From the NCBI RefSeq assembly GCF_018350175.1, contig NC_058368.1, positions 26,042,001 to 26,106,000 on the forward strand: a stretch of DNA of 64,000 nt, read 5' to 3'. Below are positions 38,786-50,259 of this stretch, in pieces. A program made the translations under genes and the position numbers. How positions within the stretch are numbered: the first letter of the stretch is position 1; every line of letters starts with the position of its first letter. Under the pieces are notes generated by a model. The model was not told the origin of the DNA and did not search any database. It saw only the letters and a list, made by a program, of their open reading frames with translations. This stretch comes from Felis catus (lineage: Eukaryota).

Positions 38786-39865
38786 CCTTCACGGTGAGCA
38801 GATCCCTCAATCTTCTCTCTCCTGGGAGGATCCAGACTGGATTTATTCAACAGATAGATAACGAACAATCACCGCTCCATGTTGGGCACTGTGCTGGCTG
38901 TTGGGGAGGCAGCAGTGAACATGACCTACAAGATTCGTTTCATAACATTGACACCACTGTGTTAGTTTTGTGCTGCTGGCATCTCTAGGCCATGGTATCC
39001 TTTCAAAGAGATCTACAGCAAAGACCTTTTGCTGCAACAGTAAAAGTCTGTTCTGTCTGCCTGATGTATGGAAGGGAAAACTGTTACAAAGATTGCAGGT
39101 GTCCTCATGGAGTCTAATCAAATATTAATGAGTCCATTCCCAGCTTTGAGGTGACCGAGAAACTTTCCAAGATTCCCAGGGTTGGGGAAGGGTGGCTTCC
39201 AGGCTGTTAGCAGCAGAGTTGAGGGGACATTTTCTTTCAGTCTAGGTCATGTTTTTCTGCTTTCAAGTTCACGTCCCCAGCAGAGGGAATCTCATTGGCC
39301 CACCTTGGCCTAAAGTCTCTACCCTTGGAACAACCCAAGCCAGGTGGTCAGACATTACTACTGGCGATCTATCCGTGGGTGCTGGAGTAGTTTCCAGGGC
39401 CAGGGTGCTGAGGAGGCTGCCAAAAAGAGTGTTCCGTACAATATGCCCACCCCAGACTTTGGATGACTCCCCAGAGTGAAGCAGGTAGGCAGGAATGAGT
39501 CCCAAAAACTCTGTCATCACCTCCCTGAGGCTCTTCTCTCTTAATTTTTCTACGTAAATTCTCAATATTTCAGGGAGAAATCTCTGTAAAAAACACAAAT
39601 GAAATAATCTTTTACAAATAGATTCCTTCATATTTATGGGGTGATATGTCGGGGATTTTTCTTTATTCCCAGAAAAAAGAGGAATGGGACCTGATAAAAT
39701 AGGAAGGGTGTCTGTTGATACTTGTTGAGGCTGCATGGTGGGGACATGGGGGTTCATTCTCTTATTCTCTCTACTTTTCTCTATTTTTGAAAGTATCTAT
39801 AAACCAAGTTAGAAAAATGCAAAGGGATTATTGTGCCATCACGTTCCTAACTTGAGCCTGTTTTA

Positions 39866-40114
39866 TTTATTTTTTTTTTTGTTTTGTTTTTTTTAATTTT
39901 TTTTTTCCAACGTTTTTTTATTTATTTTTGGGACAGAGAGAGACAGAGCATGAACGGGGGAGGGGCAGAGAGAGAGGGAGACACAGAATCGGAAACAGGC
40001 TCCAGGCTCCGAGCCATCAGCCCAGAGCCCGACGCGGGGCTCGAACTCACGGACCGTGAGATCGTGACCTGGCTGAAGTCGGACGCTCAACCGACTGCGC
40101 CACCCAGGCGCCCC
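39866..40114 (-). mobile_element. Young feline CAN-SINE (SINEC_Fc-type)
   Basis: Near-consensus, long T tail; TSD ttgagcctgtttta at 39852-39865 and 40115-40128. Confidence 0.98.
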
Positions 40115-41739
40115 TTGAGCCTGTTTTAAAGGCATGTATTTTCCTATACAGAGTTTTGTGTGCTGGGGCCGGGGGGCGGGGGGGGGGGGGGAATTCCCTC
40201 CTTTCTTTGTCATCTCCATTATTTGATGTTTCCTGAAGGACAGAATTATTTAATCAATTTTACAAGTAAGTGTGGAGAGCTTCCTATAGGTTAGGTGGTC
40301 TCTCTTGCTTCCAGGTGAACTAATAGCACCAGAAGTTTTGGGGCATTTGCTTGGGTATTCCTTTCATCATCAGCCCTTTGCATGGATTCCACAAAATTTT
40401 CTAGGGACTCTGAGTTCTGAAGTGGCTCTACCGACCCTTCTGTGCTGCCTCCGCCAACACCAGCCGAAGGAAAGATCAAAGTGAGACCTTGGGAAGCCCC
40501 TGGGGCATTTGCAGCTAACTGCAAGGGGCCTTTCTTCCCTAGCATCTGATGCCCAGCACACCTTCAGACATTGGCTGATTGCTCTGGGGTCAGGCCAGGT
40601 TCTAAAAAACATTCAGGAACAACCTTTATTTTGATCCAACGGGAGAGAAGAAAAGAGGGAGACAGCCCGCTTGGCCCCAGCTCAGGTGCAGTGGGCCAGG
40701 TCACGAGGCTTGCAGCAGGTGCCCAGTTGTATCTGTTTCCAACAGTTCCATTAACACTTGGCAAGTTTCACTCACCTTCAGCATTTGTAACATGCAATTG
40801 TTGACACAACTAATATTACCTCATGCTCTTGGGCCTTTTTGTGTTCCTTTGCCATTGTAGTCAGGACGCAGGATCTAGAGGGTTCATTTTCTATCTATGC
40901 CATATTTATAGGTGGCAGGGAGATGGTAGAGGTCGCCCTCCCCAGCCTTCCCACCGAACAACATGATGCCCTCATTTTTCCTTTCTGGATTGATGTTAAG
41001 CACTTAAAGTAATTGCCTTGCAGAGAAAAAAACAAAGAGCCAAAAATGTACAGTCAGCCACACCATGGCCTCATATTTCAAAACCAGCCAGGCTTCTTTT
41101 TAAATGCTCCTTTACAGGGTGTGAAATCAATCATGTCACATGGGGTCCCCTGTGGCACAGGGGAGAAGAACTCTTGTCTTACTCTAGAAACACAGCCAAT
41201 GACGTGATTCCTTCTCCTTCCCTGCCCACCCCCACCTACCCTCAGTCGTTCATCCTACAACTTCCCCGTTGGCTTCTCTTCAGTGGGCTTCCTCTTTTGA
41301 GTAGGCAGCTTGCTCTGTGATTCTCATCTGCTCTGTATAAGGAAACCGTAACGAAACCATTAACAGTCCACTCTCCTCCCTGGTGTCAGCCTGTCCCTTG
41401 GCGTTGTCCTCTGCTTCCTATAGAGCAGTGATGTTCACTCTAGTTACTTTCTCGGTGTGAATCCATTCCTGAACCCTGGCCGTTTTCTTTACCCTCCGGT
41501 TTACCTGCTCCCCCTTGAAATGCCTTCTTTTTTCTTAGAATGGTCCTGGCTTAATGCATACCCATGCTTGCCTTCCCTCAAGCAACGCTCTCCATTACCC
41601 TATGAAACCCTATCTTAGAAGTGGGGAGAAGAGAAAGCTTTTGACTTTGTTCCTGCTAATCTATTGTACTAGAGGGTGGAGCCAGGAGGAAAGTAAAATA
41701 TAGCTTAGAAAAGTGAATCCTGTAGGTAGACAAATTAAT

Positions 41740-42260
41740 AAACCAATAGCTAAACCAATGCTATCCCACTGTTGGCTTGGAGTAACAGTTGGCAACTTAG
41801 TGTTCTAGTTTACTTCTACTTGAGGCTTGCCCACTAGTGGAGAGTGATTGAGGCTTATAATAAGAAATTGTAGGCAAGGAGGGGGGCCTGACAAAGGGGT
41901 GGGATAATCTATAAACCAGACAGTCAGCCCTTCACTGTGCCGTGTTCCGCTCACTTCCTGGCCCTGCTGAATCACTTCACTGATGCACAGGGTGAGCCAC
42001 ACCATGTTTCGAAAACCACGCCTCTGTCTGTCCAGCACTGGGCTTCCTCTTTTTTGTGACTGCTGTGGTGTGTGTGTTCTGATACCCTAGGGGGTGATGC
42101 TATGGTTATTATTGCTTCCTAGCCACCCTGCTTTGTAGAGAAAAATCAAAACACCAGTTTTGCCCCTCAAGCTGACCTGTTCAGCCCCGCTTTGGTTTGT
42201 CCCAAGCCCCTTTCCGATGTGTGCGCACGCACACTCACACATGACGTGCTGACCGGCCAT
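41740..42260. promoter_or_regulatory. Candidate enhancer/promoter
   Basis: Apparently repeat-free; tandem CCAAT, ETS (cacttcctg), ARE/MARE-like (tgctgaatca), RUNX-like (aaccac, tgtggt), CRE-like (tgacgtg); motif evidence only. Confidence 0.35.
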
Positions 42261-42586
42261 CGCTGTGTACCTCCTGGTTAATAACTCAAAATCTGAATGT
42301 GATACCTCTTTTCTCCATGTCGTGAATTAGAGTTTTGATGGTTTGTCTTTGTCAAGGTTCTTATAGCTGGTCCAGAACAATGACTATAAATAAGATCGTG
42401 CCAAGAAGATCTAAATACCAGGCTGCACAAAGCAGACGCCATTTCCCTTTGGGGGATTTCTTCTGTTTTCCTAGAATAGTAAACTTGGGTCTTAATTTGG
42501 GATGGTTATTGTCTGTTTCTTCAAAGACTGTTTGTCTTGTAGGTTAGCTTTGATCTGTGTCTCCAGTTAAAATGCTGGGAAGTTCA

Positions 42587-42806
42587 GGGGCACCTTGACT
42601 CAGTTGGTTAAGCATCCGACTTCGGCTCAGGTCATGATCTCACTGCTTGTGGGTTCAAACCCTGGGTCAGGATCTGTGCTGGCAGCTCAGCCTGGAGCCT
42701 GCTTCGGAGTCTGTGTCTCCCTCTCTCTCTGTTGCTCCCCTGCTCACGCCCTGTCTCTCTCTCTCTCTTAAAAATAAATAAACATTAAATTTTTTTTTTT
42801 GTTTTA
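42587..42806 (+). mobile_element. CAN-SINE (SINEC)
   Basis: TSD aaaat(g/a)ctgggaagttca at 42569-42586 and 42807-42824. Confidence 0.96.
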
Positions 42807-43452
42807 AAAATACTGGGAAGTTCAAATTATGCTGAGTGGAAGTATGAGAAAACACACATGACACAGATGCCCAAGATGTGGGTACCCTACCGACTCCATT
42901 TGTCTGATCACAGGCCTTGGTAACTAGAGACCTCTAACCACCCAGTTACCCATTTACTAGGCCGGGTATGGAGGGGGTGCATAGTTTAGAGGTAAATAAG
43001 GCAGATACCAACCCTGCCCTCATGGCAAATACAGTCTAGTGGGGAGACAGACTTAAATAAATAAGAATAAATAATGTAAGACTATCATTCATTGTATGAG
43101 AGAGAAATGCTAGAAAAATTAAAAAAAAAAAAAAGAAAGTGCTGTGCAGGTATACGCACGCCCCAGGCTGGAGCATCTGGGAAGATGACGTTTATTATAT
43201 TTAGATGTCAAGGAAGAGGTGAGATGGTGGGAATAAAGGGGCAGTGGGAGAAGGCACAGCCCATAGGTTGCCAAAGCACGTAGTAGCAGTTAGGGTTGTA
43301 TTTCATGGCAATTACAATCTCCTGGGCGAAAATTTAACATCTTCAGATCCCTTGGGAGTTTGTCATGAGTAAATTTGCTAAGTATGGGTCTAATTATTAG
43401 TGATACAACAGTAACACTTATTAAAGGTCAAGTGGGACTCAGTTGTCCACAC

Positions 43453-43680
43453 TTTAAAAAAAATTTTTTTTTAATGTTTATTTTTGAGACAGACAGAGCA
43501 TGGGCGGGGGAGGGTCAGAGAGAGGGAGACACAGAATCCGAAGCAGGCTCCAGGCTCTGAGCTGTCAGCGCAGAGCCCGACGCTGGGCTTGAACTCGCAA
43601 GCTTGAGAACGCTCACCACTGTGAGATCACGTCCTGAGCCGAAGTCGGACGCTTAACCAACTGAGCCACCCAGGCACCCC
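43453..43680 (-). mobile_element. CAN-SINE with internal insertion and extra 3' sequence
   Basis: SINEC body; flanking repeat aacagtaacacttattaaa at 43407-43425 and 43681-43699. Confidence 0.95.
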
Positions 43681-43729
43681 AACAGTAACACTTATTAAAT
43701 GCTTGCTTATGTGTAGATATTATTCCGTC

Positions 43730-44140
43730 AAAGGTCACCTCAGTGAGGCTGTCCCTGGGCACTCTAAATAGCAACCCCCCACCTCCTATTTCTGTTACTG
43801 TTTTTCTTTTCTCTTACAGTCCTTACCACCATCTGACATTGTTTATTGTCTGTCTCTTGGGTTGGAATGTAACCTCCATGAGGGCCGGTACTTTCGCCTG
43901 TTCTGTTCACTATTGTTTTCCCCGGAGCTTAAAACACTGCCTGGTACATACTTGGTGCTCAAGAAAATAGATATTCGTTCAATGAATGAATGGCTATTAT
44001 TCATTTAGTCCTTACAGTGTCTCTATTTTCCTCACGCTGCAGATGAGCAAATTGGCACAGAGAGATTAAGTCCTTTACCAAAGGTCATGCAGCCAATGGA
44101 GTGGTAGAATCAGGATCTAAGAAGCCCAGGCTGTCTAACT
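43730..44140. mobile_element. L2 3' end (+, to ~43992) followed by MIR (-)
   Basis: 'gaatgtaacctccatgagggccgg...ggtgctcaagaaaatagatattcgttcaatgaatgaatg' (L2 tail); 'cagatgagcaaattggcacagagagattaag...aaggtcatgcagc' (MIR). Confidence 0.8.
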
Positions 44141-46117
44141 CCGGGGTCTTGCACCACAGGCCTGTGTGCAAAATGGAAAGAGTTGTGAAAAGAATATGCC
44201 AATCTGGCTTATAACTTTTCTCTGGTTAAATGGCATTCTGCTTAAAGACCTCCGAGAAGCAATCCAATTCAGTATTGCAGTTCTAGATGCTACTGATTTT
44301 ATAAAACGGATCATTGAGTGGTATGTAAGACCAATCACTGGTTAAAGAAGCCTTGTGCCAACCCAGGGAACTTGCAATCCAGATAAGATAAGGAAGTACT
44401 GAGTCACATTTTCAGATCCTGTAATATCATCTGAAGCCAGTGTTCCTGGAATATTCCTTACTTCTGACGTCTTAGTAACTTAACTCAGTCTGGTTACTAG
44501 GGATGTGAAATATGGAAACATGATTTACTCTTTGACTTGTTCGGTGAAACTAAAAGCTTGAAAGTTGCCGTGTGTATGTGTGTAGGTGTGAGTTTAAAAA
44601 ACTAAGAGTTGGAGTACAGAAAACAAAAATCTTCTATCCCATAAATCCATACAGTAGACAACAAGTTCAGTCTTGATGTGACTTTTTCACCACATCTCTT
44701 TATCACGTTGGGCAGAAATTATTTCAGCCTCTGGAATGTCAGACTTGCCCCTGAGGCCATTTTGACAGTTCTTTCCTCTGACCAATTATTTTTCAGGATT
44801 GAAGCTATCGATAATTTGCTTTTTTCCTTGATACGAAGGATTTTATCTTTGTGTGTATGTATGGAGTTGTCAGAGAAAGGAAACTGCTTTTGATCTCAGA
44901 AACTTCATCATTTCCTTTCTGCCCACGTATTCCTGAATCACTCAGCAATCCCTAACCTCTTTTTCTAAGAAAGCTATTTAGGTGGTTCGGCATTTATTTT
45001 ATGTCTTTGACCACTTACCATGTCAGAATTGGTGAGTAATTCTGTCCCTTTTCACATATCTGTCTTTATGTTGTCTTTCTGGACCCATCTCTTTGTGCCC
45101 TGTCTCTGCTCCTTTCTGTCTCAAATGAGCCATACGCTGTCTTGCACACATACAGCAATTTAGATTTATAAGAACTTATGTGTTTACAAAGAGTGTGTTC
45201 GACTGCCTCAAACTCCCTGAACCACACGCTGAAAATCTGTACATCATTTCATACATAAGTTATACCTCAAGAAGAAAAAGAAGTTTGTGTTTCCAAATTT
45301 ACAGCACATTTAATGAGAGTTTAAACATGTCTTGAGTGGATTTATGCATTGGTCACTGCCCCCAGCAGTATCTCCATTGGTATTATTGTTGTTGTGCAAA
45401 GACAATGCTTGTTGCTATGAGAAATGCCATAAGCAACGGCTTTTCGCCGGTTATGAATGTTCAAGTTTTAACTTTTATAATTTCTGTATGTACAGTTAGA
45501 GCCACTGGAAACCCATACCACCAGGAACTTGAAAACGCGGGAGCAGTTTCGTTGCCATGAGGAGCCATGTAGTAAAGAATGCAAGAAGATTCCAGCAAAC
45601 ACCTTCTCATGGGATGCCCAAGACAAGTAAGTCTTTCTCTCATCCTCAGAGTCCTTATCTGCAAAAGAGGATAACCTTTGCCCTGCTTTATCCCTAAGGT
45701 TGTTATGAGGATAATTACATTTAAGCCAATGAAGCAGGTATTTAGTGCCCACTCAACCATGTCAAATTCTGTGGGCACAAAAGGAGGCAAAGGTATGCTT
45801 TCTGCATTCACGGAACTTACAGACGGACAAGGATAGAAAGGAAGACCAGTGCATATATGTTTACAATAGAAAGTATCACGTCATCCTGGTGATGGCTGCA
45901 GAGTGATCCAGACTCAAGTAAAAGAAACTTTAATTCTGGCGGGTGCCATTGGGGAAGGCTTCATGGAAGCACAAACATTTGAACAAGGCCTTGAGGGAAG
46001 ACGATTTGGAAGACTTTCCAAGTAGGGGGACAATAGGAACAAAGCAAGAGATAGGTCTCCATGACCATCAAATGAGTCTGTGAACTGGAAAGCACGATTC
46101 AGTTATAAAATATTACT

Positions 46118-46205
46118 GGCAGCTCTTTCTGCCCTTGGGTTTTGTCCTTGTGCTTTAATAAAACCACCTTTTTGACACCAAAAAATAAATAAATGAAAGT
46201 AAAAC
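46118..46205 (+). mobile_element. Short polyadenylated retrocopy (probable LTR R-region or mRNA 3' end)
   Basis: About 62 nt with AATAAA at 46157-46162, A-rich tail from 46180, flanks aaaatattact (46107-46117) / aaattattact (46206-46216). Confidence 0.65.
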
Positions 46206-46474
46206 AAATTATTACTTGTTAACTCTCCTGGGGCCACTACTCACCTTTCCCAGAAGCCATGGCCTCTCTAGATAATAAAATACCACAGGGAGTCTGAGAA
46301 AAGGCTGGTTTACCAGCTTCCAGAACTTTGGGGTGCTCATGACTGACTTTGTGATATCCTCAAGTCTCAAAGGAGGTGATGATATATCTCAAGTTTAGCT
46401 AAGAAGAATAAACACCAACCAAAGGTTAACAGTTAAATTCTCTTTCCATCTTCTATTTGTATTTAAAAAATTTT

Positions 46475-46716
46475 ATTTATTTATTTATTTATTTATTTTT
46501 AATTTTTTTTTTTCAACGTTTATTTATTTTTGGGACAGAGAGAGACAGAGAATGAACGGGGGAGGGGCGGAGAGAGAGGGAGACACAGAATCGGAAACAA
46601 GCTCCAGGCTCTGAGCCATCAGCCCAGAGCCTGACGCGGGGCTCGAACTCACGGACCGCGAGATCGTGACCTGGCTGAAGTCGGACGCTTAACCGACTGC
46701 GCCACCCAGGCGCCCC
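46475..46716 (-). mobile_element. Young feline CAN-SINE nested in the tail of an older SINE
   Basis: Near-consensus SINEC_Fc-type; aaaaaatttt at 46465-46474 and 46717-46726. Confidence 0.96.
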
Positions 46717-46941
46717 AAAAAATTTTTTTTAAATATTTATTTTTGAGAAAGAGAGACAGAGTGTGAGTGGGGGAAGGACAGAGAGAGAGGGAGACACAGA
46801 CTCTGAAGCAGGCTTCAGGCTCTGAGCTGTCAGCACAGAGCCTGACATGGGGCTCAAACCCACTAACCCCGAGATCATGACATGAGGTCATGACCCAAGC
46901 TGAAGTCAGGCGCCCAACTGACTGAACCACCCAGGCACCCC
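46717..46941 (-). mobile_element. Older CAN-SINE (host of the nested copy)
   Basis: SINEC body with small internal duplication 'gagatcatgacatgaggtcatgac'; outer TSD tttccatctt at 46443-46452 and 46944-46953. Confidence 0.95.
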
Positions 46942-47269
46942 TGTTTCCATCTTTTAAGATGTTCCCCCCAACCCTCTCAGGTTGCTCCCCCCCCTTCCCC
47001 ACTGCTTATCACCCCATCAGCCCTTTTCCCTTAACGAGGATCCAAGCAGGCCCTGAGTTAGCCAGCCACACTCAAACCCTGATGGTATTGATTTCTAGCT
47101 ATGTTATAGGAAGCACCTTCCTTTAATCTATGTAAGACTTAAATTTCACATCTGTAAAATGGGAACGAAAATAACAGTACCCATTTCATAGCATTGCTGG
47201 GAAGGTTAAGTAAAATAATACACCTGATACATAACACTCAAAATGTTATGTATTATATTATCATCTGGA

Positions 47270-47436
47270 ATAGGTGGCTGTGGGCCAAATCCAGCCGTGT
47301 CCGTTTGTCTGTGTATGGTCCACACAGTTTCTGTTGCAATAGCGGGGTGGAACAGTGTGACTGAGCCTGTATGCCCCACAAAACTTAAAATACTTACTGT
47401 CTGGCCTGTTGCAAAAGAAAGTTTGCTGACCTCTGA
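47270..47436 (+). mobile_element. MER58-type hAT MITE
   Basis: 'ctgtgggccaaatccagcc...cccacaaaacttaaaatacttactgtctggcc...agaaagtttgctgacctctg'. Confidence 0.85.
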
Positions 47437-47941
47437 CCTAGAAAGCCAAGAGAAAACCTGCTTATGTGACATTTGCAACCAGTTAGATTTTGTCCGTGGT
47501 AGGCTCACCAGTGCCTTTACTGCCTTATTGTTGTTTCCTGGCATCTGATGATACATGATATGCACCCCCTATAATGGAGAAGTCCTCATGGAGATCCCCA
47601 CATCTCAGTACCGTGGACATTCCTGGCATCTATTTATATCCTCCTGGAGCCCAGTATTAATAGACAAGGACTACATAGCAAATGTGGAGGAAGATGGGTA
47701 ACAAATTTCAGCTCTGATTAATGACGGCATAATCTCAAACGCAAACTGCAGAATACTTGAAGGTGAAAGGGAAGTTAATGTTACCGGGTGATGATCTAGT
47801 CACCGAGGAGAGGGAAGCAACAACATGGAACAAGAGGCAAACCATTGTGAGGGGTTTGGGGTTTCTTCTGACCTCCTACTATGTGCCTTAAATTAAGAGC
47901 CCTGTAAAGTCCACTCCAATTCCATTTAAATGTCTCTCTCT

Positions 47942-48159
47942 CTTTTTTTTTTTTTTTTTTGGGAGAGAGAGTGTGTGAGAAAGAGAGAGAACACATGTGT
48001 GGGTATGTGCAAGCAGGGAAGGGGCAGAGAGAGAAGGAGAGAGGGAATCCTAAGCAGGCTCCATGTTGGGCATGGGGCTTGGCCTCATGACTCTGACATC
48101 ATGACCTGAACTGAAATCAAGAGTCAGACACTCAACTGACTGAGGCACCCAGTCTCCCC
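47942..48159 (-). mobile_element. CAN-SINE (SINEC), older copy
   Basis: T tail, GA tract, SINE head; flanks taaatgtctctct / taaatatctctct. Confidence 0.92.
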
Positions 48160-49019
48160 TAAATATCTCTCTTTGAAGCACCTGTAACATGATTGCTGTT
48201 ATAAGATGTACAGAAACCTGAGTAGATTGGGATTATGCATCAGAGTAGTATTTCTAGGGTTTCTTTATTTGGATATTGAGAAGAGCACTGGACCTAATTC
48301 CAGAAAACATTGCCATGATCAAGTATTCACTTGTCCACACTAGTGATCCAAAGGCGTACATTCCTAAAATCATTGGCCAGGGGTATTGTCTCTTGGCAGT
48401 GAAAAGAGGCTTTTCTGAATTGAATAAAACCCAGATATTCACTAATTTAAAAATTCATTAAAAACACCAACATCCATTGAGCTGTCCCTTTAACCCAAGC
48501 ACTGTAGTAAGTTCAAGGGTCAGCAAAAATGGACAGTCTTTGTTGCTTAATAACCTCAAATCCAGCCTTCAAATACTCTTTAAGAATTCTGTTCTGCAAA
48601 CGTGTTCCTTTATTTTGTCACAGCCAGCCATGACGGTGAGGCTCTCCACCACCCCATCCCACACCACCCTCACTGCCCTTCCTCCCAGTGTTGACTGCCT
48701 CTCCTTCCAGTTTTCATTTACTTTTAGAGTTTCTTCCCCCAGTAAAGTGCAAATGACTGTCGACAGTTCAGAAGATTTTTCTTCCTGGGGAACTTGCATT
48801 ACAGTTCAATGTCCTCCCCACGGCACTTTTCCCTGCTAAACCTGGATTTGCTCTCAGAACCCATCTGTCAATACCGATCAAGGCTGGCAGTTATGATGAC
48901 AACAATTCATTGTGGTTTAAGCCAAGGCTGAAATTTCAGGAATCGGATAGCAAACACTAGGTTCATTTTTTTGGCGGGGGAAGAGGGGAATGAAGGTTTT
49001 TTTTTTTCCTTTTCTCCAG

Positions 49020-49094
49020 AGCCCTGCAAAGTGAGATCACAGAGATAAGGCCTGCCCCTGTTATATATAAGGTCTCAACCAAGCAAAACATCAC
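49020..49094 (+). other. Candidate internal exon (75 nt) of an unidentified transcript
   Basis: Strong acceptor (t)11ccttttctccag|A and donor CAC|gtaagt; based on splice signals only. Confidence 0.35.
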
Positions 49095-50259
49095 GTAAGT
49101 GTGCCAATTATCCCGCAGAAATGTTCTCTACCAAGAAGAAAATCAGAGATAATCTTCACTGAAAACTTTGTCATTGTAGAAAGTGAGGAGTGCAGCATTT
49201 ATATCATTATAAATGATATGTCCATAGTATGTGGAGAATTCAGAGCAGAAGCGTTGTGGATAGAGAAGGCCCCAGAGGTGCTTTAAGGTGCCTCAGTGAA
49301 CGGCTGGCCTCAAGAAGAAACCAATTTGAATATTGTAGAGCAATCCTATGAGGATCTCTATTCTAGAAAGTTCTACCATTTTAAGCACCATGTATGACAG
49401 GGGCTAAAATCGAAAGAAGAAAAATGAACACATTCATTAATGAGGATTCAACATGCAGTTGTGTCAAAAGGACGCAATAATTTAAATAATATTCTATAGC
49501 TTTAACAGTATTTAAGTGTGAAAATAGTCATTACACTTGGGTACCTCTTGGGATATAGTAGACTGTAAACATTTCCATTTAGTTATAGAACTTCAAATGC
49601 GACATCATGCCTTCATGATAACAATAATAAATAAATGCAGGAGAGATTAGTTCAAATAAATGACATTATTGGAGTTGAGAAAAGAAGTATAAACACCTCC
49701 ACTATTCCTTTAAGGGTATTGTCTCAATGGATGACCCTCCTTATCATCTCCTGGATAAAGAGCCAAACCTTCTGCAGTCTTTGGAATCCCCTTTTGCCCA
49801 GATGCAGTTGCAGTGGAATAAAATAAATAGTAAATTTGGAGGCTGGGTTTATGCCCCAAAACTATCAACAACCCAGATTACCTGTTACTAAAGGGGTCTT
49901 TTGTTTAAGCTTTCAGAGCATCGATGTTGCCATCCTTAACATGAAAATGATATTTTTTCTTATAAAGTAGCTAACTTAATTTAAAAATATTTAATAACAT
50001 AATCTTTGAGAAAAGCACTGGTGAAAGCTCTAACACTAAACAAATACAAGACCTTGTAAGACATGCTGTCATGTTTTACCACACTATGATTTTATCAGTC
50101 TTGTGGTTCTACCAATGCCAAACGTTAATAGTCTTTGGTCCCTGGAAGTGGACATCTTTTTTTTTCTTTTGGCTGTCCAAAAAAAAAAAAGAAAAAAAAA
50201 TTTACAACTTTTTCTGATGATAGTACAAAAAATTTTCATGGAGACATCTCTTTCTTACT

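Noticed and set aside
39269..39757. 162-aa minus-strand ORF
   Set aside because: No recognisable homology; starts in sequence resembling old L1 3' debris.
49360..49374. Perfect heat-shock element TTCtaGAAagTTC
   Set aside because: Only 9 fixed bases, so roughly one chance occurrence per window; no promoter context.
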